Shown here: positions 47,170-53,469 of the stretch, in pieces
How positions within the stretch are numbered: position 1 is the stretch's first letter
How the letters are laid out: each line of letters begins with the position of its first letter
Assembly (NCBI GenBank): GCA_029856435.1
Contig: JAHQXB010000106.1
Coordinates: 1 to 53,469 of the forward strand
DNA: 53,469 nt
From: Candidatus Jordarchaeia archaeon
GTDB taxonomy: Archaea > Asgardarchaeota > Jordiarchaeia > Jordiarchaeales > Jordiarchaeaceae
Direction: 5' to 3'
The notes under the pieces: model-generated
The model's database searches: none
Told to the model about the DNA's origin: nothing
Seen by the model: the letters and a program-made list of their open reading frames with translations, nothing else
Program-made: the position numbers and the translations under genes

Positions 47170-48927
47170 TTAAGTTTTGATTTTTTGGGCGTAGAGTTCT
47201 ATGGATTGTTCTATGATTTCCTTTCGTATGTTTTTGTGTGGGGATTCAGTTTCAAGGATTCTCTGGGGGATTCTCAAGTTTTTAAATTCGAATCCTTCCC
47301 TAAATTTGAATCTATATTTCTCTTTGAGTATTCTCAGACCTGTTTCCATTAGCTGGTTTTCGGTGAAGTTGAGGTCGACTGTTTTTAAGGCTTTTGCGAC
47401 TATTTCGGGGGTGTACACCCCTCTGGCAAAAAAGCATACCACGAGGCTGGATAATACTTGGCGCCAAGCTTCCTCCTTAATGAGACCATCAGCGATGTTT
47501 TGGGCGGTTAGTTCTGGGGTCTTTCCAACAGCCTTCTGATCTATACCATATCCTGCGGAGTCTAGGTGACTGTGTCTAGCTCCAGTATAGAATCCAGCGT
47601 ATCCTGCGGGACCAGTATGGTACCCTGCGGGCTCGTTCCCGCCCATCGCAAGTGCGAATTCCACTCCCCCATACTTTTCTGCAGCTTTTTCTACGCCTCT
47701 CGCAAGGTGTTTGTAGAATTGGTTTGGCTGCTCTACTATTAACTCAATCATTTTAAGATAGGTTTTATAGTCTCCCCATTTGGGTTCCAGTCCTAGGGTT
47801 TCTTCCTTTGTTACCAACTCTTTTTGGACTGCTTCTGTGGCCCAAGCAAGAACGACTCCCGTGCTAATTGCGTCCAGCCCCCAGTTTTCCACCTCATCGA
47901 TAAGTTTCAGAACGCCATTTACACTGGAGACACCCAGCATACAACCCAAAGCATAAAGTAGCTCATAATCATAGGGAACCATAGTGGTCTTGTAAAAGTA
48001 GGGTTCATCCTCATAGGGCTCTCTTAACGTCGCCAGATGGATACAAGCTACTGGACAGTGGGCGCACGCTACCCTGCGGCCCAAATATTTTTCTGCCAAG
48101 TTCTCTCCAGATATCTCCTCTGCCCCCTCAAACCATGCTTGCCCCAAGTTTCTTGTGGGCAACCCCTTCAATTCATTTAACACCAGTATATTAGAAGCTG
48201 TTCCCAGGTCATGATATTTCTGCAGGGCAGACGATTTTGTTTGCTGAGTATACAGAGTTTCATAAACTTCTTTGAAAAGTTTCCTATCCGCTACAGGGGT
48301 GGTTTTTCTTCCAGAAACCAGAACTGCCTTTAACCTCTTGCTCCCGAAAACTGCCCCCAGCCCCAATCTGCCAAAGTGGCGATATGTCTCAGTAACCAGA
48401 TTCGCATAAGTGACCAAGTTTTCCCCAGCTTTCCCAATCCGCATAATGGTTCTATTCCCCGAACCCGGTTCATTTTCTCTTATAACTCTACCTACAGTTT
48501 GGGCACTATTCATACCCCAGTATGCCGTAGCGTCTCTAAAAAACACCCTATCCTCATGAATAGCTAGGTAAACCGGGCTTTCGCTCGCTCCCTTTATCAC
48601 TATTGCGCCGTAACCCGCAGACCTAATAGCTATAGCGCTCCTACCACCAGCATGACTCTCCCCCAGATTGCCGGTATGGGGGGATTTAAACATGGCAACT
48701 GTTTTTGATGCCATAGGATAAAGGTTGGTGAGGGGCCCCACAGCAAACACTATCACGTTTCCTGGGCCAAGAGGGTCGGCGCCCTTCTCGCACTCCTCAA
48801 GTAAGAGCTGCGTGGCTACCCCAGTGCCTCCAATATACTTCTCAAAAAGCTCCTGCCTGTTTCTCACCCGGTAAAGGTGCTTTGACAGGTCAACGTACAA
48901 AACACTTGAAGGTAAAAACTGGGACAC
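47170..48927 (-). CDS. aor: Tungsten-dependent aldehyde:ferredoxin oxidoreductase family protein
   Basis: YIGGTG, KSPHTGNLGESHAGG, GRLGLGAVFGSKRLKA, CAHCPVAC, GLDAISTG. Confidence 0.9.
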   Translation of the reverse strand: MSQFLPSSVLYVDLSKHLYRVRNRQELFEKYIGGTGVATQLLLEECEKGADPLGPGNVIVFAVGPLTNLYPMASKTVAMFKSPHTGNLGESHAGGRSAIAIRSAGYGAIVIKGASESPVYLAIHEDRVFFRDATAYWGMNSAQTVGRVIRENEPGSGNRTIMRIGKAGENLVTYANLVTETYRHFGRLGLGAVFGSKRLKAVLVSGRKTTPVADRKLFKEVYETLYTQQTKSSALQKYHDLGTASNILVLNELKGLPTRNLGQAWFEGAEEISGENLAEKYLGRRVACAHCPVACIHLATLREPYEDEPYFYKTTMVPYDYELLYALGCMLGVSSVNGVLKLIDEVENWGLDAISTGVVLAWATEAVQKELVTKEETLGLEPKWGDYKTYLKMIELIVEQPNQFYKHLARGVEKAAEKYGGVEFALAMGGNEPAGYHTGPAGYAGFYTGARHSHLDSAGYGIDQKAVGKTPELTAQNIADGLIKEEAWRQVLSSLVVCFFARGVYTPEIVAKALKTVDLNFTENQLMETGLRILKEKYRFKFREGFEFKNLRIPQRILETESPHKNIRKEIIEQSIELYAQKIKT

Positions 48928-49353
48928 TTAACTCACCTCCCCTCCAGTTTTAATCTCCTCCAATTCTAATACGTTATAAGGACAATACTTGGCACAAATC
49001 CCACAATACACACATATTGCTGGCTTATTATTTTCATCGTCCCAAAAAACTGCCCCAATTGGACAGGCCTCAACACATTCCCCGCAACCAATACATTTAT
49101 CCTTATCTAGAGTAACGCCGTATCCCTTCCTAGATTTAAGTGCGTCAACCGGGCACACTCTTGCACAGGGGGCGGGTTCCTTACAGGCTCGACAAACAAC
49201 CACCACAAAGCCTCTCTCAACACCTCCTGCAGACTTTACATGAATGGTGCTCTTACCAAGGCCACCGACACCGAACCTGCGGGCGCAGTTCATTGAGCAC
49301 AGCTGACAGCCGGTGCAACGGTTCAAATCTACGACGCTAAGTCTACGCACCAT
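48928..49353 (-). CDS. 4Fe-4S polyferredoxin (AOR partner subunit)
   Basis: Four Cys clusters including CTGCQLC and CIGCGECVEACP; directly upstream of aor. Confidence 0.92.
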   Translation of the reverse strand: MVRRLSVVDLNRCTGCQLCSMNCARRFGVGGLGKSTIHVKSAGGVERGFVVVVCRACKEPAPCARVCPVDALKSRKGYGVTLDKDKCIGCGECVEACPIGAVFWDDENNKPAICVYCGICAKYCPYNVLELEEIKTGGEVS

Positions 49354-49722
49354 ATTATCATCCCCAAGTTGCTAATTTTGCGTAAATGTATTGGAGGGGT
49401 AATATGTATATTTATCGGTGATTAATCCCTTTCTGTAATAATTGAATTATTATTTTGTTTTAATATGAATGGTAACACAATTTGTGGAGAGAGGGGAGTT
49501 TTAGAATAATAGGTGAAAAATGTAAACTAGGTGGAGTAGCTGCCTATGTGTCCTTTAGTTTCAGTAACTGTGTTTCAAGAGAATGGTTCCATAGCCTTTA
49601 CATATATGTGAAAATGGTAAAGGCGTTGTGCTGCCGCCTTTAAGGCAAATCTGTAAGTTAATTCTTGTAATCTTTAAAAGAATGAAGCAAGAAGGTCTGC
49701 TTTCTTTGTGGGTGGGGTGAAT

Positions 49723-49736
49723 CTGGAATATTCCAG
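49723..49736. promoter_or_regulatory. Perfect 14-bp palindrome upstream of the aor operon
   Basis: CTGGAATATTCCAG; an 8-bp stem TAAAGGCG/CGCCTTTA also lies at 49618-49642. Confidence 0.35.
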
Positions 49737-49924
49737 CACTTAAAATAGGAAAAGCGGAATGATGGGGCTTTTCTAATTGGAGGAGAGCGCAGAAACTATT
49801 AAAGTGGGTGAGTGTTGTATTCCATGCTACTTGTGTGTAACGTAGAATCTCTGGTGTTTCCGCATGGGATGTGCGATTATCTGGCTTATTTGAATATTAA
49901 ACTAATTTGTGGGGAAATTGGGTT

Positions 49925-51460
49925 TTACTCTTGCTTCTTTGTTATGGTTACGTTGTCGGGGTCTAGTGCTGACCATATAACTTTGTAGCCTAGGGTTTCT
50001 AGCAGGCAGTCTACTTCGGAGATTCCTTTTTTTTGGAAGATTTTTGCTGCTTCGGAACGTTTTTTTTCTGGGAGGTTTTCCAGCTCCTGTTTTAGTTTGT
50101 TTAGCGTTTCGTTGCTTATTAGTGTGTTACCTACTAGTGTGTAGTTATCGACTTTAATGCTTTTTCTAATTGCTTCTATGGTTACCTTGTGTTTTTCTGC
50201 CAGTTCTTTTAGTGTGACGACTTCCTTGTCGGGTTTGATTGTTGTAATTTTTAATTTTGCTATGTCCTGGTTTATCTTTTTTTGCTCGAGTTTTTGTAGT
50301 ATTTCAATTATTGGTTTTAGGGGTACTTTGTTCTTATAGTATATTACTTTGCCAGGAATGTTTTCAAAGGATGAGCAGGCTAGGTTTTCGTCAACGGCTA
50401 AAATTAGTTCCTGGTTTATTTTTTCTAGTTTACTGATTTTTCTTTCGAGATATTTTTCTGTCCAGAATCCCACTATTTCCATGAGAATTTTCATTCCTTC
50501 CTTTTCAAAGGCGAAGTCTGGCACCATTACCGTTGATCCACTTATCAGTGGCTCTGGCTCTCTTACTATAGTCCAACCTATTTTTAGGGCATTGAATCTA
50601 TGGTAGAAGTCTTCCTCCACCCAGCTATCGAATTTTTCTGTTTCATTTATGCTTCTGACTGCTAATTTGTCTCTGTCTCTTTCATCTAGGGTGAAATCAT
50701 ATATTCGGGGTTTTTTTGTTACGCCTCTTCTTAGTATTGTCGCTTTTATTTGCCAGCCCTCCAGAGAGACTATTAAGGGTAGGAGCTTTGCTATAGCTGT
50801 TCCATAACGTTCTGTTAGTTTAAGGAGTGAAGCAGCCCCCTCTATGTTAATTGTGAAACTGCCGTTGCGTACTTCTGCATTGTACATTAATCCATAGTAC
50901 TTTATGGCCCTTAAAAGTTGCTGATAACCTGATTTAACCACAATTTCCATATTTGTGGCGCCAAATAACATGGTTTGAGCTAATGCGAGATTATACCACC
51001 TTAAAAGTTCAAGGGGACTAATATCTTCAAATTCTCGCAGTATCAGCTCTGATTCAGTATCTGCCCACAGCGACTTCTCCAAGTCCTCAACAGATACGCC
51101 CAGAAGGGATGCAGCTTTTTTCAATACTGATTCTCTTTGCTCCTCATTGATGATTACGCCCCATTTGTTTGCTTCCTCAAAAACTACTCTTCTCGCCTCG
51201 ATGGGATTTAGGGGGCTAGCGCTTTCAAAGCTGCATCTTCTCTCCAGAAGGACGCGTAATCCTCGAATAAATCTGTAGTTGATTCCCTCCTCAAATTCCT
51301 CAAGTACCTCTGAAAGTTCTCCTTGCTTTCTTCCCTTATACTCCTTAAAGGTTTTAATAATTTCTGCTGCTATGGCTATTTGCTCCTCATCTAGTGAAGA
51401 AAAAACGGGCATTATCCTGTTTCCCCAAATCTTGGAAACTAAAAGTTCAGAGGGCAGCAT
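49925..51460 (-). CDS. bax1: DUF790 endonuclease Bax1
   Basis: MLPSELL, LLRWYNLALAQT, RYGTAIAKL, FDSWVE, PDFAF, EIVGFWTEKYLERK; adjacent to xpb. Confidence 0.9.
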   Translation of the reverse strand: MLPSELLVSKIWGNRIMPVFSSLDEEQIAIAAEIIKTFKEYKGRKQGELSEVLEEFEEGINYRFIRGLRVLLERRCSFESASPLNPIEARRVVFEEANKWGVIINEEQRESVLKKAASLLGVSVEDLEKSLWADTESELILREFEDISPLELLRWYNLALAQTMLFGATNMEIVVKSGYQQLLRAIKYYGLMYNAEVRNGSFTINIEGAASLLKLTERYGTAIAKLLPLIVSLEGWQIKATILRRGVTKKPRIYDFTLDERDRDKLAVRSINETEKFDSWVEEDFYHRFNALKIGWTIVREPEPLISGSTVMVPDFAFEKEGMKILMEIVGFWTEKYLERKISKLEKINQELILAVDENLACSSFENIPGKVIYYKNKVPLKPIIEILQKLEQKKINQDIAKLKITTIKPDKEVVTLKELAEKHKVTIEAIRKSIKVDNYTLVGNTLISNETLNKLKQELENLPEKKRSEAAKIFQKKGISEVDCLLETLGYKVIWSALDPDNVTITKKQE

Positions 51461-51462
51461 AA

Positions 51463-52827
51463 CTAAGCCTCCAAAGCAGTTCTCCGCCTTCTAGATATGG
51501 CTACTTCTGAGGTGGCTTTTGTTACTATTTCGTAGAGTACAGCAGACTTATTCTCCTTTTTCCTCAGAATTCTTCCCAACCTCTGTACAAATTCTCTCCT
51601 GCTTCCGGTTCCACTAAGGATTATTCCCACACTTGCCTCAGGAACATCGACGCCCTCATCCAAAACCTTGGAAGTGACAAGAATATTGTATTTGCCCCTT
51701 CTAAATTTATCTAGGTTTTCAACCCTTTCATTTTTGGGTGTCTTATGCGTAATAGAAGGGATGAGAAATCTCCGAGATATCGCATAGACCAAATCATTAT
51801 ACTCAGTAAAAATCAGTATTCTTTCCCCCATATGTTTTCTTAATATGTCTCCCAACACTTTTAATTTAGAAGAAGCATTCAAAGCAATCACTCTGGCGCG
51901 GTGCCTAGCAAGTAGGGCCTCTCTAGCCCTTGGGTCCCTACCGCTCCTCATCACCAATTTCCTAAAGTCTTTTGGAGATTTTAACGATATGTTGGCTGAG
52001 GCTAAGTAATCCAAATAAATTTTATACTCTCTCTCATACTCCTCCTTTTCTTCTGGCGTTAACTCCACAACTATTTTCTCCAAGACAAAGTCCGCCAAGT
52101 GTTCACCAGCCAATTCGCCAATGGTTAATTCGAAAATTTTTCCACCCACAAGCCTGTCTAATTCTGAATGCAAGCCGTCTTCTCTCTCATAAGTGGCAGT
52201 AAGACCCATGCGATAGGGCGCTACCAACATTTCACCTATGTTTGCGTAGCCTGGCGCTGGTAAGTGGTGCACCTCATCAAATATGACGAAAGTAAACCGG
52301 TTTCCCAATTCTTCAGCCCGCAAATACGCAGTGTCATAAGTGGCAACCGTGATGGGTTCCAATTCATGAACTCCACCACCGTAGCTTCCAATCTTTATTT
52401 TGAACTCCTCAGCTAATTGAGAACGCCACTGATCCATTAAATCCAAGGTTGGAACAACAATTAATGTGGGTTCACTGAGTATAGATATTGCCTTCAGAGC
52501 AACAATGGTTTTGCCTGCACCTGTAGGCAAGACTATAACTCCCCTCTTACCCGCCTTAAGCCAAGCATTTAAAGCATCCTCTTGATAGTCTCTGAGCTGA
52601 ATAGTAGAACTAAAAACAGGACAGGGAACCAAATCTAAAACGCTATCCGAAAAATCAATTCTCGAACGCTTCAAATAATCCACAATGTCCGAATAGTAAA
52701 CTGCCAAGGCTCTATAAGCATTTAAACGAGAGTCCCAATACGCATTTGGAACCCTACCGCCACGAATCAGAATAGTTCCCCTATCATAACTTAATCTAAT
52801 CACCAGAAGACCGCCCCTATAAGCCAA
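51463..52827 (-). CDS. xpb: XPB/Rad25-like SF2 helicase
   Basis: LRDYQ, LPTGAGKT, DEVHH, LGLTAT-like MGLTAT, VLDEGVDVP, QRLGRILR. Confidence 0.93.
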   Translation of the reverse strand: MAYRGGLLVIRLSYDRGTILIRGGRVPNAYWDSRLNAYRALAVYYSDIVDYLKRSRIDFSDSVLDLVPCPVFSSTIQLRDYQEDALNAWLKAGKRGVIVLPTGAGKTIVALKAISILSEPTLIVVPTLDLMDQWRSQLAEEFKIKIGSYGGGVHELEPITVATYDTAYLRAEELGNRFTFVIFDEVHHLPAPGYANIGEMLVAPYRMGLTATYEREDGLHSELDRLVGGKIFELTIGELAGEHLADFVLEKIVVELTPEEKEEYEREYKIYLDYLASANISLKSPKDFRKLVMRSGRDPRAREALLARHRARVIALNASSKLKVLGDILRKHMGERILIFTEYNDLVYAISRRFLIPSITHKTPKNERVENLDKFRRGKYNILVTSKVLDEGVDVPEASVGIILSGTGSRREFVQRLGRILRKKENKSAVLYEIVTKATSEVAISRRRRTALEA

Positions 52828-52996
52828 GAATAGTTTAACACAATTAAATTATTACGTTTAACCCATAAAAAGGTCAACACGACACTATAAAAATTACCCC
52901 CTTAAATATTAAAATTATTTTATCTCTACCCCCTCTTATCCCGTTTTTCATTCCCAAAGAGAGGAGAAATTTTCCACTTTTGGAGATGCCGAATTA

Positions 52997-53469
52997 GGAT
53001 ACTGTTGAAAAATTTTTAATATTTTTGCTGTTTTCGCCTTTTCCGTGAATTATATGATGGGACACATTGGTTTTGGTGTGGGGGACGAGGAAGTGAGGCA
53101 AATGTTCGCTGATGCGATCCCTGAGAAGTATGTGGAGCTCGCCAAGTTTCTGGACAGCTTTGTGAAGGAAAAAGACTTTGAAGAACTCTACAGCCCCGAC
53201 ATGGGGAGACCATCCGTGCCACCAGTCATACTGATCAAGGTGACAGTCCTCCAGTATCTGGACAACGTCTCAGACAGGAGAGCCGCTGATGCGGCCCGCT
53301 TCGACCTGAAGTGGATGTATACGCTGAACACGCCCCTGAAGTGGGGTGGATTTAACTACTCCGACCTCTCAAACTTCAGGGAAAGGCTGGCTGGGGCGGG
53401 AAAGGAGAGAGAACTCTTTGACAAACTCGTAGCCCAACTCCACAAGGAAGGCTTCATAAAGTCAAAAAA
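52997..53469 (+). mobile_element. IS1182/IS5-like insertion sequence, left part (truncated by window end)
   Basis: Candidate left TIR GGATACTGTTGAAAAA (52997-53012) and a visibly higher-GC transposase ORF. Confidence 0.7.
53054..53469 (+). CDS. Transposase N-terminus (DUF772), partial
   Basis: Manual translation (absent from ORF track): MMGHIG...LYSPDMGRPSVPPVILIK...LQYLDNVSDRRA...RFDLKW...FNYSDLSNFRERL; open to the window end. Confidence 0.88.
   Translation, partial: MMGHIGFGVGDEEVRQMFADAIPEKYVELAKFLDSFVKEKDFEELYSPDMGRPSVPPVILIKVTVLQYLDNVSDRRAADAARFDLKWMYTLNTPLKWGGFNYSDLSNFRERLAGAGKERELFDKLVAQLHKEGFIKSK

Noticed and set aside
1-53469. CRISPR arrays, tRNA and rRNA genes
   Set aside because: No regularly spaced direct repeats, cloverleaf/T-loop motifs or rRNA-like segments seen by eye; a tRNAscan/Infernal run would confirm.

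Overview
Archaeal chromosomal window, mostly housekeeping genes. It is most likely from an Asgard archaeon (inference from a Rab-like GTPase with all five RabF motifs, a CdvA-like coiled-coil protein and archaeal CoA/F420 genes). Contents in order: hxlB; a DUF1512-like protein; an ABC exporter with one ATPase and three tandem permeases; a 2-oxoacid:ferredoxin oxidoreductase (alpha/beta/gamma); an F420 operon (cofE-cofD-[DUS-like flavoprotein]-cofC); speB; nnr; a LysA-like protein; a Rab-like GTPase; an HD dNTPase and an NPP phosphodiesterase; an AbrB-GTPase fusion; oapABC/arvABC; AK6; a CdvA-like protein; tatD; hisG; a CoA cluster (coaBC, poK, pps, panE, mfnA) interrupted by a corrinoid-activator ASKHA gene; tbp; aor plus ferredoxin; xpb-bax1; and the start of an IS1182-like element. 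Features not in the ORF track include two inverted copies of a 108-bp IS1-like MITE with 10-bp target duplications, and kb-scale A+C versus G+T strand-skew domains, one of which flips inside a gene. Best candidates for new biology: (1) the DUS-like reductase inside the F420 operon as a possible missing dehydro-F420 reductase; (2) an ArvABC vesiculation module near an AbrB-GTPase fusion and a CdvA-like gene; (3) a LysA homolog lacking its Schiff-base lysine; (4) the sawtooth skew pattern. No CRISPR array, rRNA or tRNA was seen. All family calls are from motif recognition by eye, without database searches.
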